In this document: piece by piece, positions 1-8,428 of the stretch
Position numbering within the stretch: position 1 is the stretch's first letter
Layout: each line of letters opens with the position of its first letter
Notes under the pieces: model-generated
Databases searched by the model: none
What the model was told of the DNA's origin: nothing
What the model saw: the letters and a program-made list of their open reading frames with translations, nothing else
Translations under genes and position numbers: made by a program
Source of the DNA: a virus
Lineage: Duplodnaviria > Caudoviricetes
Virus record (IMG/VR): IMGVR_UViG_3300031949_000055
Location: 1 to 51,435 of that record
Strand: one strand, 5' to 3'
Length of the DNA: 51,435 nt

Positions 1-23
1 GAGCCGCCGGGGGAGGAGGGGAT

Positions 24-206
24 GTGAGCGAAACCAGAGAGCAAATGCTCAATAGGGCCAACGCCGAGCTCGATGTCGCGAACGAAGGACGGAAACAATC
101 GTTGACATGGAAGCGCGAGGCTGAAAGAGCCTACGATGATGCGATGGGAAGGTGGGTCAAGGCCCGCCGAAGAAGGGATGCCATTTTGGCGGAGGGGGGG
201 ACGTGA
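24..206 (+). CDS. Hypothetical coiled-coil protein
   Basis: GTG start after GGAGG; stop overlaps the next start. Confidence 0.6.
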   Translation: MSETREQMLNRANAELDVANEGRKQSLTWKREAERAYDDAMGRWVKARRRRDAILAEGGT

Positions 207-424
207 GTGCCTTCGGCGAGACCATCTGGAAGCTGATGGCAGAGAAGCCGGACACCGTCGTCGGTCTAGCCCGGCGGTACTACGACAAGAACTGGCCCAA
301 CAAGGGCCAGCGGTCGGCCGTTGCGAAGGCCTGCTACCGGCTGATGAAGGAGCGGCGGGCCCTGTCGGTGGACTTCGAGACCCGGAGAGAGTGGTCGGCC
401 AGGCCCCGAAGAAGCCAGCCATGA
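203..424 (+). CDS. Hypothetical small basic protein
   Basis: GTGA overlap with the upstream stop; G-rich SD; ATGA overlap downstream. Confidence 0.6.
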   Translation: MSAFGETIWKLMAEKPDTVVGLARRYYDKNWPNKGQRSAVAKACYRLMKERRALSVDFETRREWSARPRRSQP

Positions 425-741
425 GAACCTTGAGCCGCGACGAGCAGTACCTTCTGGCGCTTGGCAACAGCGAGCTCGCGCCAGGAGAGCGCAGAGTGCT
501 CGAATGGCTGGTGGGAGGGGATGGGACCCGGGAACTGGAAAAAGCCGACCGGGGAGGCTGGTGGATGGAAAACCATCGAATGAGTGGAAAGACAGCTTGG
601 TCGCTCATTCGGAAGTGCCTCGTGAGCCAGGAGGGCGGGCCCGATTCGGGGGGCGGCATCACGAGGTGGCATATCAACGAGTGGGGCAAGCGCAGGCTGG
701 CCGGGCGGGCCGTCTACCTGCAGAAGGAGGACGAGCCATGA
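421..741 (+). CDS. Hypothetical protein (possible winged-helix-like)
   Basis: ATG at 421 overlaps the upstream stop; sequence begins MRTLSRDEQYLL. Confidence 0.6.
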   Translation: MRTLSRDEQYLLALGNSELAPGERRVLEWLVGGDGTRELEKADRGGWWMENHRMSGKTAWSLIRKCLVSQEGGPDSGGGITRWHINEWGKRRLAGRAVYLQKEDEP

Positions 742-1365
742 AGGGAATTACGCAAGGACTGGTCGGCATTCTCATCGTCACCGCCATGTTGTTAGCGGCG
801 GTGCTGTTCCTGATAGCCCTCACGAACGAGCAGCGCGGCGTCATCGAAGGCCTGGAGGGGCAGGCGACCGAGAGCGCCCTGCGGGAGGGCTACTTGCTGA
901 ATATCGCCGACATGCGCGAGCAGCTGATGGGACGCTTACCAGGCGACGGCTGAGGCCGTCCCGACGCCGGGGCCGACGCCGACGCCAGTCGTGGTGCTTA
1001 TAGACGGCTGGCCTGCCTCGGCCTGGGTATGCCCGATGGAAGGGTGCGGCTCCATCGAGGAAGCCTGCGAGGGGCTGGCGAGCTACAGCTGCGACACGGC
1101 CGCCAGGCTCTGCGTCAAGAACGGGTATGCCTATACCCCGTTCTGCATCCGGGCTTGGCGGGCCGGGCTCGTGACGTTGTGGAGCAACCCGGAAAACGTG
1201 CCTATGGCGGAGAATGAGTGCTATGACCATGTGCCCTTCGGCCAGTGGGGCTACACCTGCGGATGGAGACCGCCAGCCAATTATTGGCAGGCGGCGGCCT
1301 GGTGTGCGGCCATTGGAGCGGGAGACGCGATGGATAGCTGCATCCAGATGGCGGTGTATCCATGA
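738..1365 (+). pseudogene. Probable single membrane-anchored, PT-linker, Cys-rich protein split by a +1 frameshift near 925-930 (ORFs 738..953 and 928/991..1365)
   Basis: N-terminal TM helix in 738..953; the +1 frame opens at 928 with WDAYQATAEAVPTPGPTPTPVVV and runs into the Cys-rich ORF; no good SD before 991. Confidence 0.5.
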
Positions 1366-1694
1366 GAATCTGGACAATGGGCTACTTCCCGTTCTCGATG
1401 GGCGGCAAGGTTCGAAGGCCCATCGTCTGCGACGTCGAGGTGACAGGCCCCTATGACATCGGGGCCGGACGTCAGGCCTACCTGGCGACTAGCCCGAGCG
1501 GCAAGACCTTCGTGGCGGAGAGCGAGACCGGGGCCATCGTGGGACCGAACTTGGAGCAGGTGCGCCAGGACGTAGCTGAGGCCGTCGTCGGTGTCATGGA
1601 GCGCCAGATGGAACAGGCCCGAGAGACGTTGAAAGAGGCCGAGACCCTAGACGCAGAGAGGTTCTGGCCGCTTCTGGAAAGGGGCTTCGGATGA
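1362..1694 (+). CDS. Hypothetical protein
   Basis: ATGA coupling at both ends; coding-like codon usage. Confidence 0.7.
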   Translation: MRIWTMGYFPFSMGGKVRRPIVCDVEVTGPYDIGAGRQAYLATSPSGKTFVAESETGAIVGPNLEQVRQDVAEAVVGVMERQMEQARETLKEAETLDAERFWPLLERGFG

Positions 1695-1960
1695 AACGCC
1701 TGCCCAGGACCTCGGCAGCCAAGGAGGACTGGCTGGGTAAGGTTATCCGCTGGTGGGAGTTCATCTGCGCCAGCTGTGGCGACAGTGGGCTGTGGCCCGG
1801 GACACTCCAGGAAGCAACGGGGCAGGCGAATGTACAGGGATGGCGAAAGACGAGAGGGGCAACCGGGCTTCTGTGGGAGTGCGGCGGTTGCATAGCTGAG
1901 AGACAGAAGCGAGAGAAGGAACTCCGGACCAAGAGCGTTGCCGCGGCGGTGCGGAGATGA
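1691..1960 (+). CDS. Small CxxC...CxxC zinc-ribbon protein
   Basis: CASC and CGGC pairs; coupled starts and stops. Confidence 0.65.
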   Translation: MKRLPRTSAAKEDWLGKVIRWWEFICASCGDSGLWPGTLQEATGQANVQGWRKTRGATGLLWECGGCIAERQKREKELRTKSVAAAVRR

Positions 1961-2550
1961 TTTTCACGCCCCATCACGCCGAGCTCGTGATGGCATTGCC
2001 AGTGCAGATGAAGTGGCAGACCCGGCGGTTGGAGAAGCCGGGTGATGAGCCCTTCGTCAGCTGGGGCTCCACCATCCTGGCGGTCGAACGGAATGGGCGC
2101 AGCATCTGGAGGGTGGACGGTAGACTGTGTGGCGTGGACTGGTATGCCCACGGGACGTTCGGCAGCAATGCAGCTACCGGGACGGCCACCTATCGCCAGC
2201 CGAGTTACGCGGTGCAGGCGGGCCGGGGCCAGCCGCAGCTGGGCCGCTTCCGTATCACAGCCATCCGACGGCAGCGGTTGCAGGACATCACGGACGATGA
2301 CGCCATCATGGAGGGTGTGTTCAACATCCACCCACGCCAGGCGTTCGCCGCGCTGTGGGATGGCATCAACAAGAAGCGTAGCGACCGATGGGAGGCGAAT
2401 CCGGCGGTATGGGCGCTCACTATCGAGCGGCTTTTCTGGACCGAGGATAGGGAATGGCAGCCGATGACTTGGGTCGAGTTCCCAGTGGCGGACGTCAGCC
2501 GCAGACTAGAGAGCAAGATGGCGAAGGAGGCCAAGCATGGAACAGAATGA
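1957..2550 (+). CDS. ASCH/PUA-like domain phage protein
   Basis: KWQTRR, RITAIRRQRLQDITDDDAIMEG, FAALWDGIN and WEANPAVW motifs of the phage ASCH-like family. Confidence 0.75.
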   Translation: MIFTPHHAELVMALPVQMKWQTRRLEKPGDEPFVSWGSTILAVERNGRSIWRVDGRLCGVDWYAHGTFGSNAATGTATYRQPSYAVQAGRGQPQLGRFRITAIRRQRLQDITDDDAIMEGVFNIHPRQAFAALWDGINKKRSDRWEANPAVWALTIERLFWTEDREWQPMTWVEFPVADVSRRLESKMAKEAKHGTE

Positions 2551-2920
2551 AGGGAGCCAGCCGAAGTTCGGTCTGGTAGTGGACCTCGGCGGCGGGCGGA
2601 GTCTCGAGGTGCAGTGGTCGCATCGGGAGGTTATCTACTGGCATCCGGAAGCGCACGGCCAGGCGGCAACCCTACAGGAGCGTGGCGTTGCGGGAGACCA
2701 CCTGCGGGAAGGGACGGAGTGCATCATCAATGTCGTCTGGCCGCTGGCAGAGCGGCAGGAGACGGCGACATCGGCGGTGCATCCGAACGACACCTACAGC
2801 AGGTGGCTCGGTCGGCGCGTGTCGCTCTCCCATGCCATGCGCGCGGCCCGAGGGGCAACCGGGCTGAGCAAGACCGACCGCGGGATGGTCTGGCAGGCGA
2901 TGCGGGACAGGGGGTGGTGA
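2537..2920 (+). CDS. Hypothetical protein
   Basis: AAGGAGG SD; ATSAVHPNDTYSRWLGRRVSL motif reminiscent of small phage proteins. Confidence 0.65.
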   Translation: MEQNEGSQPKFGLVVDLGGGRSLEVQWSHREVIYWHPEAHGQAATLQERGVAGDHLREGTECIINVVWPLAERQETATSAVHPNDTYSRWLGRRVSLSHAMRAARGATGLSKTDRGMVWQAMRDRGW

Positions 2921-3126
2921 TGGCCGAGCCGAAGCGGACCTGCTTCGAGTGCACGCACTACATCCTCTGCTCCATCCGCCACGGTGTGACCGAGGCGTTG
3001 CAGCAGACGCGCTATATCAACATCGACGGCCCGAGCACGCCTGGCAAGTGGGTGGACATCTTCGAAGCGGTCGCCCGGGCGTGCGAGGCGTTTGAGGAGA
3101 CCAAGAGAGGAGGCATCGCGGCATGA
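2920..3126 (+). CDS. Small Cys-rich protein
   Basis: TGATG coupling; CFECTHY..C motif. Confidence 0.6.
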   Translation: MAEPKRTCFECTHYILCSIRHGVTEALQQTRYINIDGPSTPGKWVDIFEAVARACEAFEETKRGGIAA

Positions 3127-3500
3127 ACACCATGTGCAGCGCCTGCGGGCTACAGGGGTACCCGGCCCGCGTTGGCGTAGACGTCATCGAGATGTTCCAG
3201 AGCCCGCCGGTGCCCTATCGAATCACCCGGGCGGACGAGTGGGCTTGCCCGGGATGCGGCCAGCGATGGGTCGAAGGGTACTCGACCAAGGCGACTCAGC
3301 ATTTCGAGCCGACGTTCATGGCCGATGTGGAGGAGGCTTGCGGCGCGGTGCGCCGGACCGGCGACGAGCCCGGGGCCGGGGTGCGCATCTGTTGGGAGCG
3401 AGCGGACGACCGGCGACCGCCGGATGTCGGACTCGCTTTGCTCCAGCTCTGGCTGTTGAAGGTGGCGGCGCGGGCGGGCGAACGCCTGCGAAAGCCATGA
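3123..3500 (+). CDS. Zinc-ribbon hypothetical protein
   Basis: GGAGG SD; CSAC and CPGC pairs. Confidence 0.65.
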   Translation: MNTMCSACGLQGYPARVGVDVIEMFQSPPVPYRITRADEWACPGCGQRWVEGYSTKATQHFEPTFMADVEEACGAVRRTGDEPGAGVRICWERADDRRPPDVGLALLQLWLLKVAARAGERLRKP

Positions 3501-3679
3501 GACGTATCTACCTAAACCGAGACAAGGCTGAGTTCCTGCGCGTGCTAGCCCTCTACCGGCAGGCCCGGGACAACATCGAGACCGACGATGGAAAGCGAGC
3601 GTTCATCGTCCTTTCGGTGCAGCTGCATGCCGCCAGCGGGCTCGTGCCCCGAGCCATGCGAAGGATGGTGCGCCGATGA
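3497..3679 (+). CDS. Hypothetical protein
   Basis: ATGA coupling at both ends. Confidence 0.55.
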   Translation: MRRIYLNRDKAEFLRVLALYRQARDNIETDDGKRAFIVLSVQLHAASGLVPRAMRRMVRR

Positions 3680-4098
3680 CCCGGCCGGATGGCATCAAGT
3701 GCGCCGAGTCGGTGCACAACGAAGGAAGGTGGCCAGGGTTCCACGCCTGCGGCAATCCGGGCAAAGTGCGGCGCAATGGCAAGTGGTATTGCGGGACGCA
3801 TGACCCGGAGAAAGTGGGAGCGCGCCGGGCGGCGGGCGAGCGAAAGTGGCGAGCGAAGTTGGAGTTCGACCAAGCCCGCAACAACCAAGAATCCAGCAGT
3901 AGCAACCTAGCGCTCGAGGTGGAGCGAGCAGAAGCCTGGCTGGTCGGCCATACAGAGAGCACAGCAGGCGGGGATGACATCGTCCACGCGCTGCGGGAGT
4001 ATCAGACAGCGAAGGCGAACGTGAGGGCGGCCAGGAGCGAGTATGAGGCGACGCTGACCCCGCGCGAGCGGGGGGCGAGGCTATTGCGGAAGGACTGA
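3676..4098 (+). CDS. Hypothetical protein with C-C-CxxH zinc motif and coiled coil
   Basis: C...C...WYCGTH motif; last gene before a terminator. Confidence 0.65.
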   Translation: MTRPDGIKCAESVHNEGRWPGFHACGNPGKVRRNGKWYCGTHDPEKVGARRAAGERKWRAKLEFDQARNNQESSSSNLALEVERAEAWLVGHTESTAGGDDIVHALREYQTAKANVRAARSEYEATLTPRERGARLLRKD

Positions 4099-4123
4099 GC
4101 GCCGAGAAACCAGCGGCGAAACG

Positions 4124-4154
4124 AGACCCGGGGCCATTGGCCCCGGGTCTTTTC
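4124..4154 (+). terminator. Rho-independent terminator
   Basis: Perfect inverted repeat AGACCCGGGGCCA / TGGCCCCGGGTCT followed by a short T run. Confidence 0.75.
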
Positions 4155-4180
4155 GCGTTCCGGGCCAGCCGTGGGGGCAC

Positions 4181-4210
4181 TTGACGGCCAGCGGCCAGCC
4201 GTGCTAGGAT
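4181..4210 (+). promoter_or_regulatory. Sigma70-type promoter P1 (TTGACG-N18-TAGGAT, extended -10 TG)
   Basis: TTGACG at 4181-4186; TG at 4202-4203; TAGGAT at 4205-4210. Confidence 0.7.
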
Positions 4211-4242
4211 GCAGACGACCCCGCTGGCTGCTCGCCTGGCGA

Positions 4243-4252
4243 GGCCTCCTTC
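4243..4252 (+). promoter_or_regulatory. Anti-Shine-Dalgarno element in the P1 leader
   Basis: GGCCTCCTTC is the exact reverse complement of GAAGGAGGCC at 4339-4348, the SD of the 4351 gene. Confidence 0.6.
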
Positions 4253-4298
4253 TCCCGCCCGGGTTGGCCCCCGGGCGGGGCCCATTCTCGGGCCGACC

Positions 4299-4327
4299 TT
4301 GACGCAGCCAGGCCCGGAGCGTAGGAT
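4299..4327 (+). promoter_or_regulatory. Sigma70-type promoter P2 (TTGACG-N17-TAGGAT)
   Basis: TTGACG at 4299-4304; TAGGAT at 4322-4327; same hexamers as P1. Confidence 0.7.
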
Positions 4328-4350
4328 GAAGCCACGTCGAAGGAGGCCCC

Positions 4351-5142
4351 ATGCCCGAGCGTTCGCTGAACATCGACTACGTTCCGCTGCACGAGCTAAA
4401 GCGAGACCCTTCCAACCCGAAAGACCACGACCTACAAGCCCTGGCCGAATCGCTCGAGCGGTTCGGCTTCGTCGCGCCTATGGGCGTGAACGAGGCGACC
4501 GGGATGCTGCTGTGGGGGCATGGCAGGCTGGACCAGCTGCAGGCCTGGGCCGCAGCGGGCCGACCGGTGCCGCCGGGCGTGCGCCAGGCGGAGGACGGGA
4601 CCTGGCTGGTGCCCGTGGTAAGGGGCGTGCACCTGCCCGAGCGCGACGGCCAGGCCTACATCATCGCTGACAACCGGCTGGTCGAGCTGGGTGGATGGAA
4701 CGAGCCCGCGCTGGTCAAGACGCTCATCGCTCTGGCCGGGGACGAAGCAGCGGAGGGACTGCGGGGCACGGGCTTCGACCCGGACGACCTGGACCGCCTG
4801 GTCGCCATCGTGGGCGGAGGGACCGACCCATTCGATGCAGGCAACCTGCCGGACGCGCCCATCGTGCCCGGCGCGGATACGAAGGCCTACGTCGTGGCGG
4901 TCGTGTTCGTGAGCTTCAAGGAGGACGAGACGTTCCAGCGGGGACTGTCGGCGCTGACCTTCGGGGAGCGCAATGTGCAGCGCCAGGAATCGAAGTTTGC
5001 CCAGGTTGACGGCGAGCTCTATCTGCCCAGGTGGGAGGCGGCGCTGCTTCCGGCCGAGAGCCCTGCGGCTGATGAGGATGAGGATGTGCGGCCGCAGTTC
5101 CTGAAGGACCAAGAAGCCGAGCGCCAGAAGGAGAGGGGATGA
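4351..5142 (+). CDS. ParB/Srx-like N-terminal domain protein (phage DNA-modification-associated type)
   Basis: VPLHELKRDPSNPKDH, SLERFGFVAP, GHGRL and YIIADNRLVELGGWN motifs; AAGGAGG SD. Confidence 0.85.
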   Translation: MPERSLNIDYVPLHELKRDPSNPKDHDLQALAESLERFGFVAPMGVNEATGMLLWGHGRLDQLQAWAAAGRPVPPGVRQAEDGTWLVPVVRGVHLPERDGQAYIIADNRLVELGGWNEPALVKTLIALAGDEAAEGLRGTGFDPDDLDRLVAIVGGGTDPFDAGNLPDAPIVPGADTKAYVVAVVFVSFKEDETFQRGLSALTFGERNVQRQESKFAQVDGELYLPRWEAALLPAESPAADEDEDVRPQFLKDQEAERQKERG

Positions 5143-6932
5143 ACCTCGAGCAGGGTTACTACGGCAGCCCGCGCTGGAGCTGGGAGATTCTGGACTGCGC
5201 GATGCCGATGACGTTCGACACCTACAGCAATTGCGCCCACCAGTGCGTCTACTGCTTCGCGTATTTCCAGCGGGCTGTCGGCGGGGCGGCAGATGATTAC
5301 CTTCACCATCGGGTGAAGGCGGTCGACGTCGAGAAAGTCAAGCGGATGTTCACCGAGCCCGACCAGCACGCCAAGCAATTCGCCTGGTATATCAAGCGGC
5401 GGATGGTCATGCAGTGGGGCGGGCTGAGCGATGGGTTCGATTGGTACGAACGAAAGTTCCGCAAGAGCCTCGAGCTGCTGCGGTTCTTCCGGGAGATTGA
5501 CTATCCGGTGAGTATCAGCACGAAGGGGACCTGGTTCCTGCAGGACCCGGAGTACCGGGAGGTTTTGCAGGGGGCCAAGAATGTCCACTTCAAGTACAGC
5601 ATCATCACAGCGGACGCCAGGGAAGCTGAGCTGTTGGAGGCCGGGACGCCGAGCCCTGACGAGCGGTTCCGTGCGCTCGAGGAGCTGGCAAAGCTGGGCA
5701 TCGGGGCGACCACGCTGCGCTTCCGGCCCTTCATCATTGGGGTCAGCGACCGCCACGCCGAGGCCATGCTGCGGCGGGCGAAGGATGTCGGCTGCTACAG
5801 CGCCACGACCGAGTTCCTTTGCCTGGAGAGCCGGGCCAGCGGGACGGCCGCCGAACGCTACCGGCAGATAAGCAAGGTGGTGGGCTTCGACGTCTGGCAG
5901 TTCTATCGCCACAACTCGAGTATGAGGACCGGGCTACTGCGGCTCAATTACGACCTCAAGCGCCCGTACATCAAGCGGATGGAGGACGTCTGCGCCGAGA
6001 TTGGGCTGCCGTTCTTTGTCAGCGACGCGCATCACAAGGAAGCCAGCGCCGGGGGTGGGTGCTGCGGCCTGCCGGCCGATGGCCCGCTGAGCAATTGGAA
6101 CCACGGCCAGTTCAGCCACGCCATGATGCTAGCCAAGGCCAACGGCAGCGTGAGGTGGGCGGACATCGAGGAGGACGCCGCCGGGCTCAAGAACATCGCG
6201 TTCTACAAGGCGGAGGGTTACAACGCTGGGAACACGCGCAACCGAGCCAACCGCCGGTATCAGACCATGTACGACTACATGAAGGAGATGTGGAACGACG
6301 TGCGCTCAGCGATGAGCCCGGCCAGGTATTTCGGCGGGGCCCTGGTGCCTACGGGAGTGGACGAGGACCAGAACGTCGTGTACACGTACAACAAGCCGTT
6401 CATCGAGATGGGGCTGCGAGTGGAGACGGCAGCGCAGCTGCTGGCGATGGTAGATGCACAAGAGACGAGGCGGGAGGACGGCGGCGACATGGCGCACGTT
6501 GCCTGGCCTGTCTACGTCCTGGCCGGGGATACACCGAGCGACCTACCCGCAGCCAACGCGCTGGACGATGCGCGCATGAACTACGCCATCCTGTGTGAGA
6601 CCAACAAGGCGATGGCCTTTGCGGACCACTGGCCCACGGCCGAGATAGTGGTGTTGGCGAGCACGAACGGACGGAGCGGGACGAAGGCCAGCCGGGCAAG
6701 GGCCCAGGAGCAGGTCGAGCAGATGAGCCAGGAGGATGGGGCGAGCGGCTTCTGGCTCATCGACGGCGGCGTGCGTGGCTTTCTGGACAGCCAGGGGCGG
6801 GAAGTGAGCGCCCGAGCCGCCCTGAGTGCGGCGGAGGCCACTGGCGGGGCGGTAGGGGTTCGGGCGGACTTGCCCGATGCCCGGGCGACCCTGACCAGGT
6901 TGGAGCAGCCCAAAGCGGAGGTGCCAGCGTGA
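5139..6932 (+). CDS. Spore-photoproduct-lyase-like radical SAM protein with a C-terminal degenerate GT-A (TAGT-like) domain
   Basis: DTYSNCAHQCVYC (CxxxCxxC), GGLSD, ISTKG, LEAGTPSPDERF, LRFRPFI and GCCG motifs; C-terminal WPVYVL...FWLIDGG segment. Confidence 0.8.
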   Translation: MNLEQGYYGSPRWSWEILDCAMPMTFDTYSNCAHQCVYCFAYFQRAVGGAADDYLHHRVKAVDVEKVKRMFTEPDQHAKQFAWYIKRRMVMQWGGLSDGFDWYERKFRKSLELLRFFREIDYPVSISTKGTWFLQDPEYREVLQGAKNVHFKYSIITADAREAELLEAGTPSPDERFRALEELAKLGIGATTLRFRPFIIGVSDRHAEAMLRRAKDVGCYSATTEFLCLESRASGTAAERYRQISKVVGFDVWQFYRHNSSMRTGLLRLNYDLKRPYIKRMEDVCAEIGLPFFVSDAHHKEASAGGGCCGLPADGPLSNWNHGQFSHAMMLAKANGSVRWADIEEDAAGLKNIAFYKAEGYNAGNTRNRANRRYQTMYDYMKEMWNDVRSAMSPARYFGGALVPTGVDEDQNVVYTYNKPFIEMGLRVETAAQLLAMVDAQETRREDGGDMAHVAWPVYVLAGDTPSDLPAANALDDARMNYAILCETNKAMAFADHWPTAEIVVLASTNGRSGTKASRARAQEQVEQMSQEDGASGFWLIDGGVRGFLDSQGREVSARAALSAAEATGGAVGVRADLPDARATLTRLEQPKAEVPA

Positions 6933-7963
6933 AGCGAGTCTGGTTGTTCTACTTGAGCAATTCGAAGTACGGAGGCTTTGTCAGCCACACGGTGCATATG
7001 GCCCGTTCCCTCGAGCGAAGGGGGTGGGAGGCCCGCATCGTGAAGGTCGGAGCCCGAACAGAGAGCCGGATGCGCCCATTCCTGGAGGACCGGGAGTACC
7101 AGAACGTGAGCCTCGAGGATGCCGTAATGCTCGCCCGCAAGGACCAGGCGCACATCACCTGTGTCGTGTGGAAGCACTATGGGGAGGAGGCCGAGGCCCT
7201 GTTGCGAGCAGGGGCGGGCCTCACGTTGCACGACCCGACGGAGTTCGCACCGGACCTCCTGGACCTCTTGCGGACCGAGCGGATTGAGACGACCGTTATC
7301 CGCCCGGCGAACATGCTGAGCCTGGCGGATGAGGGTATCCAGGCGCAGCTCATCCCGCAGCCCTATGTGCCGTATGGGGGGCTGGACCTTGGGCAGCAGC
7401 GGCAGAATGCAGTGGCATTGTCGAGAGTGGATTGGGACAAGCACACGGAGCTCATCGTCGAAGCGAATGCACAGCTGCCGCCGGAGAAGCGCGTCGAGAT
7501 TTGGGGAGCCGAGAACCGACTGTTCACCTTCCACACGCTCGAGGAGCGATGGCCGAAGTGGCGGGAGCAGTACCGGGGGCCGTTCGACGGCGGCCGGGCG
7601 GCGGTGCAGCTGGCGGCGACGCACCACTACATGGTCGACATGAGCGCCATCAAGGGCGACGGGGGCGGCAGCCAGTACACCTTCCTCGAGGCGCTCGAGG
7701 CCGGGGCGCAGCTGGTGCTGAATGAGGCCTGGCTCAGAGACGACGACCACACCATGGAGCAGGTGGCGCTGTGGGTCCGTACGTCAGACCAGCTATGGGC
7801 GCAGCTGCTAGAGCGGCAGCGAGTTCCCGACGTCGGGAGTGCGGTGGAAAGCCTACTCGCCGACCACGCGCCTGACCGGACCGTCCCGCCCTACATCGGG
7901 TATTGGGCCAGGGTGCGGGAGAGGGCGGGACTCCAGTTCCTGTTGCGTGAGGCGGCAGCGTGA
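6929..7963 (+). CDS. GT-B fold glycosyltransferase
   Basis: N-terminal YGGFVSHT; ALSRVDWDKH; DMSAIKGDGGGSQYTFLEALEAG (GT4/T4-glucosyltransferase-like donor-binding region). Confidence 0.75.
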   Translation: MKRVWLFYLSNSKYGGFVSHTVHMARSLERRGWEARIVKVGARTESRMRPFLEDREYQNVSLEDAVMLARKDQAHITCVVWKHYGEEAEALLRAGAGLTLHDPTEFAPDLLDLLRTERIETTVIRPANMLSLADEGIQAQLIPQPYVPYGGLDLGQQRQNAVALSRVDWDKHTELIVEANAQLPPEKRVEIWGAENRLFTFHTLEERWPKWREQYRGPFDGGRAAVQLAATHHYMVDMSAIKGDGGGSQYTFLEALEAGAQLVLNEAWLRDDDHTMEQVALWVRTSDQLWAQLLERQRVPDVGSAVESLLADHAPDRTVPPYIGYWARVRERAGLQFLLREAAA

Positions 7964-8133
7964 CACGCAAGCCGAAGCTGCGGGACCTGGTGAAGGAGGC
8001 GTTGGAGCGCCGCGAGCGCGAGCGCGAGGCCGAAGGCGAGATACTGGCGGAGGCACGGAAGCGCCAGCGATTGGAGATAGGCGCGGCGATTCTCAGACGA
8101 CCCCGACGAAGATATCGAGACATAGGAGACTGA
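7960..8133 (+). CDS. Small basic coiled-coil protein (57 aa, not in ORF track)
   Basis: GTGA overlap with the GT stop; MTRKPKLRDLVKEALERRERE...; TGA at 8131-8133. Confidence 0.55.
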   Translation: MTRKPKLRDLVKEALERREREREAEGEILAEARKRQRLEIGAAILRRPRRRYRDIGD

Positions 8134-8134
8134 G

Positions 8135-8428
8135 ATGCAAGTCAACTGGTGCTTGGTACTCGGGCACAAGTGGGAGAGGCTGACGGACTGGCTGCCGGTC
8201 ATCCCTGACCGTGGCGAGTTCGAATACCCCGGTGCCACTCCGATGGCGCTCGGCAAATGTGTGCGGTGTGGCAAGCGTGAGGCCCGGCGCTGCCATGGGC
8301 ATTTCACCTGGGGGGCAGGGACATACAAGTCGGAGACGACGATGCAATCCGCTTTGCGCGAGTGGAACAAGGAGCTGGAGAAGAAGGGCGCTCGCGAGCG
8401 GGCAGAGTACACCCCCTCTCGCTCATGA
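8135..8428 (+). CDS. Small prophage protein with a CxxxGHKW...CxxC motif (DUF1660-like)
   Basis: WCLVLGHKW and CVRCG motifs; AGGAG SD. Confidence 0.6.
   Translation: MQVNWCLVLGHKWERLTDWLPVIPDRGEFEYPGATPMALGKCVRCGKREARRCHGHFTWGAGTYKSETTMQSALREWNKELEKKGARERAEYTPSRS

Noticed and set aside
5139-6932. Annotation as a true spore photoproduct lyase (splB)
   Set aside because: Similarity is at family level only; operon context and the extra domain suggest another role, so no gene symbol was assigned
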